Below, in pieces: positions 22,119 to 31,950 of a DNA stretch of 64,000 bases. The notes beneath the pieces are model-generated. The model saw only the letters and a list, made by a program, of their open reading frames with translations, did not search any database and had not been told where the DNA came from. Both the position numbers and the translations under genes were made by a program. The DNA is from Candidatus Marinacidobacterales bacterium. GTDB taxonomy: Bacteria; Acidobacteriota; Vicinamibacteria; Marinacidobacterales; DATDRI01. The stretch's first letter is position 1, and the number at the start of each line of letters is the position of its first letter. The stretch covers positions 864,001 through 928,000 of the forward strand of contig CBDCNP010000002.1 of the NCBI GenBank assembly GCA_965219415.1, read 5' to 3'.

Positions 22119-23639
22119 ATGGCTAATCTTGACTTCTTCGTCCTAGCAACCTACACCATCGGCATCGTCACGCTCGGAAGCGTCTTCTACCGCCGCAGCC
22201 GGACTCCGCGCGGATTCACGGCCGCCGGTGGGTCCTTGCCGGCCTGGGCGGTCGGCCTTTCCCTTTTTGGCGCCTACCTCAGCAGCAATACGTTTCTCGG
22301 AGTTCCGGGGAAAGCCTACGCCTCGAACTGGAACTCCTTCGTATTCAGCCTGTCTCTTCCGTTCGCGGCATGGATCGCAACGAGGTACTTCGTTCCCTTC
22401 TATCGAGGCACCGGCGAAATCTCCGCCTACACGCATCTCGAATGACGCTTTGGACGATGGGCCCGCGTCTACGCGATGGTTTGCTACCTATTGACCCAGC
22501 TCGCCAGGATCGGAGCGATCCTGTTCGGGGTCGGTATCGCTCTCGCGGCGCTCACCGGGTGGCCGATCGAAATGATCATTGTGGCCACCGGTGGCCTGGT
22601 GATGCTTTACACGCTTCTTGGCGGGATCGAGGCCGTTATCTGGACCGATGTCGCACAGAGCGTCGTGCTATCACTCGGCGCGCTGCTGGTCGTGACGATG
22701 CTGCTTTTTGGAATGCCCGAAGGCCCCGGCCAACTCTTCGAGATCGTTTCGCGCCAAGGCAAGTTCGGCCGAGGAAGCCTGGCGTTCGACTTCACGACCT
22801 CGACATTTTGGGTCGTCCTCCTCTATGGAGTCTTCATCAACCTCAACAATTTCGGTATCGATCAGAGCTTCGTACAGCGTTACCACGCCGCACGCAGCGA
22901 TCGAGAGGCCGCCCGCTCGGTGTGGCTGGCCGCTCTCTTGTATCTCCCGATCTCACTGATGTTCTTTCTCATTGGGTCCGGCCTCTTCGCCTACTATGAG
23001 GCCCGCCCGGACTTGAAGGCACAATTACAGCGCGAGATCGTGACGCAATCCGACACGGCCAGCGAGGAACCGGCACCACTGACTAAGGAGGAGCTCGGCG
23101 ACCGCGTCTTCCCTCATTTCATCGTTCGAGAACTGCCGCCCGGTTTGGCGGGTCTGCTGATCGCGGCCCTCCTAGCCGCAGCGATGAGCAGCATCGACAC
23201 CAGCCTGAACAGCTCAGCGACGGTTATTCTGTACGATTTTTATCGAGGGTGGTTGCAACGCACGGTGAACGAACCGGAGGCGATGCGCGTCCTCTACGTC
23301 GGTACGGTCGTGATGGGCGTGCTCGGAGTCGGTGCCGCGCTCGCGATGATCGGCGTGAAGAGTCTCCTCGATGCTTGGTGGACCCTCTCAGGCATCTTCG
23401 CCGGTGGTGTGCTCGGCCTCTTCCTCCTGGGGTTCATCTCCCGTCGGGCCGATCGCCCGGCGGCGGTCACTGCGGTTGTGATCGGAGTGCTAGTCATCTT
23501 CTGGATGACGTTCTCGCCACTTCTTCCGGACGAGTCCTACCTGCAGAGCCCATTCCACGCGAACATGATCATCGTGGTGGGAACGCTGACTATTTTCCTC
23601 GTCGGCGTCTTCGTCACGAGTTGGCGTTCTCGAAACTGA
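22119..23639 (+). pseudogene. Sodium:solute symporter (sialic acid/sugar-type) with in-frame TGA at 22443
   Basis: SNTFLGVPG, SAYTHLE*RFG, GGIEAVIWTDVAQ, DQSFVQRY, AAAMSSIDTSLNS, all in one frame. Confidence 0.88.
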
Positions 23640-23648
23640 TCCGACCCA

Positions 23649-24172
23649 CTATTCTATTTCGATCCCGTCGACGTCATCGAACCTGGCTTTGATTCCCCAA
23701 CCGCCAAAGCTCTCGCCAACCGCCATCCATAGCTCGTTCTCGCCCTTCTCGAGTGGCAGATACAATGCGTCGAAATCCCCGAGCGTCCCCAAGAAGCGAT
23801 AGTCGCGTGACCGGAAAGACCGTTGAAGACCGGCGTATACTGAGTTGCGTCCGGATTGCCGGACTGGTGAGGTCTCATGTAGAAGTCCTCGAAGTTCTCC
23901 TCGCCCTGAAAACGCCACATGGCTCCCACGAAGTTCCGATCTTCCGGGAATGCTATGTCGAACTCGAGGATACCGTCGGTGAAGGCAGCATCCTTGATGA
24001 CCGCAACCCCACCTTTCAAGAATAGACTCGGCTGACCGAGATGTTCCTCGGTACGCCATTCCTCAGCCTCGATTTCCCAACGATCGGAATCGAAGGGGAC
24101 ACTCTCGTTATCGGCGAACGCCGAGACGGCGATTAGAAAGAACCCGAGCGTAATACCCGCAGAACGTTTCAT
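23649..24172 (-). pseudogene. Secreted lectin-fold/DUF1080-like protein with probable internal deletion near 23815
   Basis: Signal peptide, FYMRPHQSGNPDATQYTPVFNGLS, then an abrupt switch of frame to FRSRDYRFLGT..GENEL..ESFGGWG. Confidence 0.6.
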
Positions 24173-24248
24173 GCTGCTCTCCTCGCCCCTCCCGGATGCC
24201 ACCATAGCTCAGCGACATGAGTGGGCCCAGGAAGATGGCGATTCTTGA

Positions 24249-24360
24249 ACTCTGTCCGGAAAGAGTGGAAACGACGGGTAACGTGCATTGACCCTGGTCG
24301 CGCTCCCACACGAAACGCCTCACCGGAGCGGAGACTCCGCGCACTCCGTCCGGACGGAGT
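24249..24360 (-). mobile_element. Palindrome-flanked HNH endonuclease remnant (possible miniature element)
   Basis: ACTCTGTCCGGAAAGAGT (24249-24266) and ACTCCGTCCGGACGGAGT (24343-24360) flank 76 bp encoding VSAPVRRFVWERDQGQCT, the usual pre-HNH motif. Confidence 0.55.
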
Positions 24361-24593
24361 TGGCAGTCTACCAGCGGAAGAGTGGAGCCTCGTCCGACTA
24401 GAGGGGGACGCCTCTACCAGGCTCGCGGGTGCTTATCGAAACGGACCAGCCGGACCTCGAGCGGACCCTCGGGTGTTTCCTTCTCCGTCCGGATAGGGAA
24501 ACCGGTTGGATCCAGCCAAAGCCGATAACTCGATTCAGACTGCGTGATCTCATAGATGGAAGCCACGACGTTCCCTTGTACCTGGGCTTGAAC

Positions 24594-25893
24594 TTCCTCG
24601 TCGCGATAGCCGTAGGCGCGTCGTTGCAGAACACGGATTTTGTTGTTGACCCCTTCAACTAGGCCGAGACTGACTTTGTTCTCCGGATGACAGTAGGAGG
24701 CGATACCATCCCAATGGGACTCAATCATACCGGCGAACTTCTGGTACGGATGCAGGCGTTGCCATTTGAGGCTGTCTTTCCAACGAGTGAAAAAGGCGCG
24801 AGCGCCGCGTTCGGTGCGGTAACCCCAGAGTTGCCCGAAGATCTCCTTCAAAATATAGGCGGTGTTCAGGCGCCGGTTGGCCTGGAGCAACTTTTTGAGT
24901 GCGCGGCGACCGTCTAGGCTCAGGTTCTCCCGCCGGGAAAGCAAAGTGTAACGCTGCCCCTTGATGTACGACCGGTCCTTGCCGCTGAGGCGTTTGTACT
25001 CACCGCGCCGGACCTCATCGAGGGCCTTTGACAGATGACGCATGATATGAAACTTGTCGAAGATGATCCGCGCATTAGGCGCGTTGTGAATCACCGAGTT
25101 CCGGAAGGGCTTCCACATATCCATGGCGGCCAGCTTGATACGGGCGCTTTTCTTTCCGCCCGGCGCCTTGAAGAACAAATCGATGTCGGTTTCTTTGCGA
25201 CCCTCACCGCCCACCCAGAATGGGACGCGCCCGCTCCAGGTCGCTGACAATGACGCGATAGTTATGTCCCTTGCGGATGGAGATCTCATCGACACCGATG
25301 GCCCGAGGCGCCGGTAGCCCCGCCCGGTCGACCTGCTCTTGCATGTAGAGCGTATCCAGAGCCTTCACCGTACCGTGGTGCAGACGTTCCATCTCGGCCA
25401 CCGCCTTGTTCGGCATATCCCGGCGCAGCTTGCCCACATGCGTCGCAAAACGCTGGGTGTAGCGCGAGTTGTTCGCCAGCCAGTCTAGGTGTTCTACATG
25501 CACACCGCCGCACCCAGAACAGTTGACGCGCCAACGCTCGTATTCCAGATAGATCCGCCAGCCTGCCAACGACAGGTCGCGGACCCGGCACACTTGCTTG
25601 CCATAGCGCCCCCGGCACCGTTGCCCACAGTAAGAGCACACAGCTGTTTTTTTCGCCTCTTGAGCTGGATGACGCGGGCGTATCGGTCACCGAATAGACC
25701 CTTCAATCCGGCACCAACCACGAAACCTGGCAGCGCAAACAGCGAGCGGATCGACTGGGAATTTTTCACTCGGTTAGCCTATCCTAAAAATGGACCACTT
25801 TTCAGCACCTGATGAAGTACTCGATACCTTTTCCACACAATGAGTTACACTGTTTTTCCGTCAGAACTTACCCACACGAATCCGCGTAAACCC
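24594..25893 (-). mobile_element. ISL3-family insertion sequence, 3'-truncated; transposase spread over three frames
   Basis: CSYCG..CSGCG zinc finger, AIGVDEISIRKGH, AAMDMWKPF, FDKFH, VEGVNNKIRVLQRRAYGYRDEE; putative left IR GGGTTTACGCGGATTCGTGTGGGT at 25893; right IR absent. Confidence 0.9.
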
Positions 25894-25932
25894 AGAACAT
25901 TATGCTCCCGAAGCACGGCGCCTGCAAGCCCA

Positions 25933-26784
25933 TCACATCTGAACTTTGAACTTGTTCCTCAAGGCGAATGCGAAGGCAATTGCCAGGACGAAGTAGATGA
26001 TCATCCAGTGAAGCGAAAAGCCGAAGACGCTCACTTCCTCGTCCGGGTAGGTCACGCTGATGGACTTGATGGGACTGCCGGCAGGAAGAGGGTCTTCGGC
26101 CGGATAGAGGAGCTGGTTCAGGAACCCTTTCGCCAGACGAGAAGGCGATCGGAGCACGACGTCGTTCGAGACTCGCACCGCCTTGGAATAGGCTTGGCCT
26201 TCCAGCATGACATCCACGGTGAAGTCCCCGGGCTCTTGACCACTGATGCTGATACGCCAATCCATTTCCTGAAGGGAAGGAATCCAGAGGCCGCCGGGTG
26301 TCTCAACAAGGATACCGGAAGGCGCGGTCAGGGTGAGCTCTGGCCTGGGCGCTTCTTCCCACGAAGCGTTGTTCCCGGTGTCTTGGAGCTCGACCTTAAG
26401 GAGGACCGGAGCACCGGCATCGAGTCCACGATATCCGTAGTGAAACTGAAGCTGAGCGATGATCAAGATCAATGGCGGCAAGGTCCACAACATGGGAACC
26501 GCCGACAGGCGAAGATAAGTCAGATTGTGGCGGAGGATCTCGGTTTGCGAACGCAGTATGGCTCGTAGATCGTCGTTGAAGAGACGGATCTCGAAAAGGT
26601 TGGCGTGAATGCGCCGCTTCACGGCCGCGATGGCATCCTGGTTGGAAGTCTTCTTGAAGACTAGAAGCATCCCAATGGACGTGATCAACGACACAACGGC
26701 CAGCCCCACGATGGCGGGAAGCTCGCTAAAGGGTGAAAGAAGAAACTCGAAGACAGGCCTCAGAACGGCGTTGATGTACGACAT
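25933..26784 (-). CDS. Membrane protein, DUF106/EMC3-TMCO1-like N-terminus plus extracytoplasmic domain
   Basis: TM - coiled segment (FKKTSNQDAIAAVKRRI) - TM - beta domain - C-terminal TM (HWMIIYF); last gene of the operon. Confidence 0.6.
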   Translation of the reverse strand: MSYINAVLRPVFEFLLSPFSELPAIVGLAVVSLITSIGMLLVFKKTSNQDAIAAVKRRIHANLFEIRLFNDDLRAILRSQTEILRHNLTYLRLSAVPMLWTLPPLILIIAQLQFHYGYRGLDAGAPVLLKVELQDTGNNASWEEAPRPELTLTAPSGILVETPGGLWIPSLQEMDWRISISGQEPGDFTVDVMLEGQAYSKAVRVSNDVVLRSPSRLAKGFLNQLLYPAEDPLPAGSPIKSISVTYPDEEVSVFGFSLHWMIIYFVLAIAFAFALRNKFKVQM

Positions 26785-26802
26785 ACGATTCGGGACCGGC
26801 GG

Positions 26803-26997
26803 TTAGGATATGTAACCCAACCCTTGCAGTCTTTTTCGGATCTCCTCTTCGGAGCCGGCATCCTCCAGCTTGGCCAGCTCTTTTTCGAGAGCATGAGTGA
26901 TGAACTCCTCGGGTGAGGAGTATCCGGCAATGTCCGCATATTTCTTGATCTTCGCCACCAAGTCTTTATCCAATTTCACTTTCGTCGACCCAAACAT
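26803..26997 (-). CDS. 64-aa CopG/ribbon-helix-helix-like protein ending RLQGLGYI
   Basis: ATG overlaps the upstream TGA (TGATG); KVKLDKDLVAKIKKYADIAGYSSPEEFITHAL fits a beta-alpha-alpha fold. Confidence 0.75.
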   Translation of the reverse strand: MFGSTKVKLDKDLVAKIKKYADIAGYSSPEEFITHALEKELAKLEDAGSEEEIRKRLQGLGYIS

Positions 26998-28976
26998 CAA
27001 CTGCCTCCCTTGCCGGCGTCCATGCCCTCGCCACCTCGCGAGGGAAACTCTCCCTCGATCCCGAATTCCGCCAGGACCGCGGCCGCCAAATCCTGCAATC
27101 GCGTCGCTTCCTTCTTGAGAGGGCGGCTCGTGAGCAGCACGCCGGGAACGGCCTCGTGGTCCATCGCGTGATCGCCACTCCAAACGCTGGTGTTGTCGCT
27201 ATACACCTCTTTGCCCACCGCACCCAAGGCCGACTCGTTGGAGCCCCTAGTCCCTTTGGCGTAGCCGATGACCAAGTCGGGACCGATCTCGAGCTCGCCT
27301 CGGTCCTTATAGAACTCCTCTCGTTTGTAGACCTTCGTGACCGCGGGCTCCCCGGTCTCAGGATCCATGGTCGCCAGAAGCTTCTCGGCGATCTCATCCA
27401 TCACCCTCTCCCGCTCGCCGGGGTTCACGATTCCCCACTTCTCACGCCCGCGTAGGTTGACATAGAGCGAATTGATGCCGACCGCGTAGGCTTGGGTACC
27501 GGTCCAATCGACGTTGGCGAAAATGCCGGGATCGTCTTCCATGTCTGGGTCCCGCACGGCGAGGAATCCATTCTCGTGAAGCCAGGCGTTCAGGTGAAAT
27601 GACCGCCGCCACGAAGTGAACCCATGATCCGACATCACCACCAGTAGGTCGTCTTCGTTCATTCTTTCGAGCGTGTAGCCCACGATTCGGTCCAACCCCT
27701 GATAGAGCTCGTCGATGAGACCGGAGAATCGAGCATCGTTCTCGGCGTCGTACCCGGGATGGTCGGGATCTCTGCCCCGCCACATCATGTGACTGATTTG
27801 ATCCACGTTGCCGAAGTAATAGAAGAGGAGGCCGTTCGTGAATTGATCGAGCACCCACTTGTACTGCTCGACGTTTTCTTCTCCTGCTATCTTGGACTGA
27901 GTTAGAAACTCTTCGGACGTGAACACGTCCTCCATAAGGGCGGCGGTGTCCTCCGGCATCCCTTGTGTGTAGAAGCGACCGGATGCCTCGGCAAGCTCTG
28001 CAGCGTAGGAAACCGGCGTCGAAATGATCGCCGCCGTCTCGTGAGGATCGAAATTGATCGGCGTTGCGTAGAGCTCGAAATCCGGTTCCAACTGTTTCAG
28101 ATAGAAACGGACCATCCCGCGCAGATTTTGCGTCGGGATGAGGTCGAAGTCCACCGGTACCCAGCCGCTCCATTCTCCGACCGCGAGAAGAACTTCTTCA
28201 CTGTCGACGACGATCTTGGCGAGCGACTCTTCCGGATCAAGATAGGCGGCAAACGGGGCAGTGACCTTTTCCGGCTCAACCAGAAAGGGATTGTTGGGGC
28301 CGTAGAGCTCTGCCTCCACAACGTTATCGAAAACATCGACCTCGTAGACCTTTCCTCCAGAAATATCCTCTCCGGCGAAGGCAAAGAGCTCCGAAGTGTA
28401 GAACGAAAAAGTTCCGTACGAGCCGATGATGTCGACGGTTCCCATCCCACTCAGTTCACGAGTGGCCGTGCCGGACGGCGGGTAGTTCGCCGGCATCCGT
28501 ATAATCGTCGTCTCTACGCCGTTTTCTTCGAGCACTTCCCAAAAGGCCTGGCCTCTGCGCAGCAACTCGGTCGAACCTCCGGAAAGCGGGAACTGCCATT
28601 TGCCAACTTCGATCGTTGTCCCCCCGCTAGTTTTGGCAGTTGAGAACTCCGGAAACATCGTCTCGGGATCCCGATGCACGAAATCGAAGATGCCGTGTCC
28701 ACCCGAGTCCATTCCAGTGATGAAGTTGGACCACGCCACCGGGCTTTGGGGCGGCACGGAAGTCGCCAGCGGCGAGAAACTCCCCCGTTCGGCGGCTCGT
28801 GAGAAGTTGGGCAGCTTCCCCTCCGACATCAGCTTCGCGGCGAGCGTGTAATCCATGCCGTCGAATCCCAGAATGATGACGCGGGGCCCGGGCGGTTCAC
28901 TACTCTTGTCGCTCCCGCAGGAAAGCCCCATCAGGCTCAGACCGAGCGCGATGACCGGACCGACGGCTCGCCTCAT
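26997..28976 (-). CDS. Alkaline phosphatase superfamily (NPP/phosphodiesterase) lipoprotein
   Basis: Lipobox LMGLSC; VIILGFDGMD, TSVPPQSPVAWSNFITG, DQISH, MSDHGF, WSGDH. Confidence 0.88.
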   Translation of the reverse strand: MRRAVGPVIALGLSLMGLSCGSDKSSEPPGPRVIILGFDGMDYTLAAKLMSEGKLPNFSRAAERGSFSPLATSVPPQSPVAWSNFITGMDSGGHGIFDFVHRDPETMFPEFSTAKTSGGTTIEVGKWQFPLSGGSTELLRRGQAFWEVLEENGVETTIIRMPANYPPSGTATRELSGMGTVDIIGSYGTFSFYTSELFAFAGEDISGGKVYEVDVFDNVVEAELYGPNNPFLVEPEKVTAPFAAYLDPEESLAKIVVDSEEVLLAVGEWSGWVPVDFDLIPTQNLRGMVRFYLKQLEPDFELYATPINFDPHETAAIISTPVSYAAELAEASGRFYTQGMPEDTAALMEDVFTSEEFLTQSKIAGEENVEQYKWVLDQFTNGLLFYYFGNVDQISHMMWRGRDPDHPGYDAENDARFSGLIDELYQGLDRIVGYTLERMNEDDLLVVMSDHGFTSWRRSFHLNAWLHENGFLAVRDPDMEDDPGIFANVDWTGTQAYAVGINSLYVNLRGREKWGIVNPGERERVMDEIAEKLLATMDPETGEPAVTKVYKREEFYKDRGELEIGPDLVIGYAKGTRGSNESALGAVGKEVYSDNTSVWSGDHAMDHEAVPGVLLTSRPLKKEATRLQDLAAAVLAEFGIEGEFPSRGGEGMDAGKGGS

Positions 28977-28978
28977 TC

Positions 28979-31111
28979 TCAACTCTTCGCTGCCTGAAAC
29001 GATTCCTTGGTGAAGAGGGATGTGCCGTCCATATGTTTCGGCGGCTCGAGACCGAAAAGCCGAAGCGCACTCGGAGCGATATCGATGAGGGCCGGATCTT
29101 CGGACTGGATGGCGCGATTGCAAAACAGCACGCCGGGGACCAACCGTGGATCGATACAGTGGTCACCGCTCCACGCCTTGACGTTGTCCTCGAAAACGGA
29201 TCCGGAGACCATGCCGGTGGCGCAGTCCCAGGAGATTCGGTAGCCGCCGTTGTAACCGATGATCAAGTCCGGGGCGTTTCCGATGTAAGGACCTCCGTAT
29301 ACGTTGGCGGTATCGAAGACTTCCTTGATTCCCACCTCACCCTTCTCCTCGTCCTTCATGCCGTTGAGCTTCGAGATCAGCTCCGCCTTCAACGCGTCTG
29401 CCTCCGCTCCTTGCTCGACGATCCCTTGTCCCTCTCGGCCCTTCATATTGAGAAACATCCCGGTGAGACCGAGGCAGTACGCTTTCGTTTTCGACCAATC
29501 GACATCACGCAGCCATTCCGCCGATCCATCGGCACCCTCTTTGAGAGTCAAGTAGCCGTTGGCGCGCAGCCAGGCGTTCAGGTTCACGCCTCGGCGAAAA
29601 GAATTGAAGCCGTGGTCCGAGATGACGAAGAGCACATCTCCGTCTTCGAGTTGATCGAGCGCCTTGCCTACCAGCTTGTCGTTGTGAATGTAGATCTCAT
29701 CGATGGTCTTACTGTACTTGCTCACCAGATCCGCTTTTCCATTTTGAGTGGCGGGGTGTCCGTCGTCGATATAGCGCCAGAACATGTGCTGAATGCGATC
29801 GGTCGCATCGAAGACGCAGACCAGGCTCCCTCGACGGAGCCGATCCATCGCGGCGAAGAACATCTCCTGGCGTTCACCATCGATGTCATAGGCCTGCTGG
29901 AGGAACGTGCCGTCATCGGTCACGCCTTCGTTGAGCGCCCATGTATCTTCGGCGAGTCCAAGCGTCGAGTAGGGACCGATCTTCTTGGCCAGATAGGTCG
30001 AGTAGTAAGACGGGTGAGAAATGGGCATGGCCGGTTTCTCGGGATCGATGTTGATGGGAGACACGTAGAGGGAAAAATGCTCGTCCATCTCCGTCACCAT
30101 CATGCGGCAAATGCCCGAGACCTTGATTCCCGGGGCAGCCTTGAAGCTCAGGGTGACCCAGTCGCTCAGCTGACCCTTCGCGAGCTCCACCTCGTCACCG
30201 TTGATTGCAACCCGTGCCCGCTTCTTTTCTCGATCTAGGGCGATCGTGAACGGCAGTTCGAGCTTGGTGTCCCCTTCCTTGAAAAGGTTCTCCGGGCCCT
30301 CGAACCTGGTCTCGAACCGGTCACCGTTCGACTGCAGGGAAATCCGTATGCCACCCTCTTTGAATTTCTCGGCGGCGGGCCGAGTCGTGAAGAGTTGAAA
30401 CGTTCCTTGCGTACCCAGGAGGTCCGGCACGCACATCGCACTGAGTTGCGCTCCGTAAAAACGATCGGGAGGAAAGGTAATCGGAACTCGAATGATCGAG
30501 CTCCAGATGTTGTACTCGCCCAGGATCGACCAGAAGGGCTTGGACTTGCGAAGTAGGCGGACTTCCGGCTTGCGCAGGGGGACCCGATAACGCCCGAGTT
30601 TCAAGAACTTTTCGAGCCCCCCGATGTGCGTCGAAGAGAGGACCGGCAAATACGTCCGGAGATCGCGGTCAAGAAAATCATAGATATTGTGGCGCGCCGG
30701 ATTCGTCCCGGTACTAAAGGAAGACCAGGCCACCGGTGAGATCGAAGGATAGGTCGTGCGTAGGCGGCTATAGCTTCCCATCTCGGCCAAGCGCTTGAAG
30801 TTCGGCAGCTTGCCCTTCTTCATGAGCCGCTCGGTGATCTTAGGATCTTGACCGTCGAATCCAACCACGATCATCCGTTTGATCCACGGCTTCGGCCGCG
30901 TCTTGCGCATGATGAGCCGGAAGAGCGCGCGGAACGGAAGAATGAGCAGGGAAAAGATCGCGAGGATGATGGTGGTGAAAAGGACCAGAAAAGAGGAGAG
31001 CAATGCGAAGCCTGCGCCCGGCCCGATGTAGGCGAAGACCGGCTCCGCCGTGCCGAGGGTGGCCGCCAGAAAAACAAACACCGGGGCGGCCTTAATAACC
31101 CTCTCCCCCAT
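28979..31111 (-). CDS. Alkaline phosphatase superfamily (NPP/phosphodiesterase) membrane-anchored protein
   Basis: AYIGPGAG + TM anchor; VVGFDGQD, TTYPSISPVAWSSFSTG, DRIQH, ISDHGF, WSGDH. Confidence 0.88.
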   Translation of the reverse strand: MGERVIKAAPVFVFLAATLGTAEPVFAYIGPGAGFALLSSFLVLFTTIILAIFSLLILPFRALFRLIMRKTRPKPWIKRMIVVGFDGQDPKITERLMKKGKLPNFKRLAEMGSYSRLRTTYPSISPVAWSSFSTGTNPARHNIYDFLDRDLRTYLPVLSSTHIGGLEKFLKLGRYRVPLRKPEVRLLRKSKPFWSILGEYNIWSSIIRVPITFPPDRFYGAQLSAMCVPDLLGTQGTFQLFTTRPAAEKFKEGGIRISLQSNGDRFETRFEGPENLFKEGDTKLELPFTIALDREKKRARVAINGDEVELAKGQLSDWVTLSFKAAPGIKVSGICRMMVTEMDEHFSLYVSPINIDPEKPAMPISHPSYYSTYLAKKIGPYSTLGLAEDTWALNEGVTDDGTFLQQAYDIDGERQEMFFAAMDRLRRGSLVCVFDATDRIQHMFWRYIDDGHPATQNGKADLVSKYSKTIDEIYIHNDKLVGKALDQLEDGDVLFVISDHGFNSFRRGVNLNAWLRANGYLTLKEGADGSAEWLRDVDWSKTKAYCLGLTGMFLNMKGREGQGIVEQGAEADALKAELISKLNGMKDEEKGEVGIKEVFDTANVYGGPYIGNAPDLIIGYNGGYRISWDCATGMVSGSVFEDNVKAWSGDHCIDPRLVPGVLFCNRAIQSEDPALIDIAPSALRLFGLEPPKHMDGTSLFTKESFQAAKS

Positions 31112-31329
31112 CGAACTAGATTGCGTCAACGGATGTCTTCCTTTCAAGAAGGCGCAAGTTGAGGCCGCTCTTCCGAATGCGGGGAAAGCGGGTCGCTGGT
31201 CTGCGCCGGCGCCTCGGGCCAGAATCACGTAGTGTATTGAGAAGCAGCTGGCATTTCAAGCTCTAGGGCGTTATCTTACTGGGTTTTGACGCCGGCCCCC
31301 AAACCTAGGGAGGAGTCAGGAACCCACGG

Positions 31330-31938
31330 ATGGCATCCACTTTAGTCAGAACTTATAGAAGAATCCGTTTCGGTGAGCCGCTGGTTGTGGTCTCGGGCCT
31401 CCCCCGCTCCGGGACGTCCATGACCATGCAAATGCTGGAGGCCGGCGGGCTCTCCATCGCCACCGACGGGATCCGAAAGCCCGGCGAGGACAACCCCCAG
31501 GGGTACTACGAGTACGAGCGCGTGAAAGACCTGGAGAAGGAGACAGACAAGTCTTACCTCAAGCAGTTCCGGGGAAAAGCCATCAAGGTCATCTCTTTCT
31601 TGTTGAAGGATCTCCCGGAGTCGAACAATTACAAAGTGGTGTTCATGCGCCGTAACCTCGACGAGGTTCTCGCCTCCCAAACGAAAATGCTGAAGAATCG
31701 GGCTGAGGCATCCGAAAGCTCGGACGGGGAGATGTTAGAGGTCTACAAGAATCATCTCTGGAAAGTGAACTACCTGATGAAGCACCGTCCCAGTTTCGAG
31801 TTTCTAGAGGTGAACTACAAAGGCGTTGTAGAAGATCCACGGCGTGAGGCGGAGCGTATTGGTGACTTCTTGGGGAATCTCGACATGGACAAAATGACCA
31901 GCGCCGTGGACGAGAAGCTCTACCGAAACCGCCGCTAG
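31330..31938 (+). CDS. Sulfotransferase family protein
   Basis: 5'-PSB loop SGLPRSGTSM, NPQGYYE, 3'-PB FMRRNLDEVLASQ. Confidence 0.88.
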   Translation: MASTLVRTYRRIRFGEPLVVVSGLPRSGTSMTMQMLEAGGLSIATDGIRKPGEDNPQGYYEYERVKDLEKETDKSYLKQFRGKAIKVISFLLKDLPESNNYKVVFMRRNLDEVLASQTKMLKNRAEASESSDGEMLEVYKNHLWKVNYLMKHRPSFEFLEVNYKGVVEDPRREAERIGDFLGNLDMDKMTSAVDEKLYRNRR

Positions 31939-31950
31939 GCGGTAGGCTCC

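Noticed and set aside
15765-22445. Selenocysteine or alternative genetic code at in-frame TGAs
   Set aside because: The positions correspond to Arg or a variable residue, not Cys/Trp/Gly, and TGA terminates many intact genes here
29033-30238. Long antisense ORFs (also 35506-36669, 33211-34092, 51301-52152)
   Set aside because: Shadow frames of well-supported genes in GC-rich DNA; no motifs of their own
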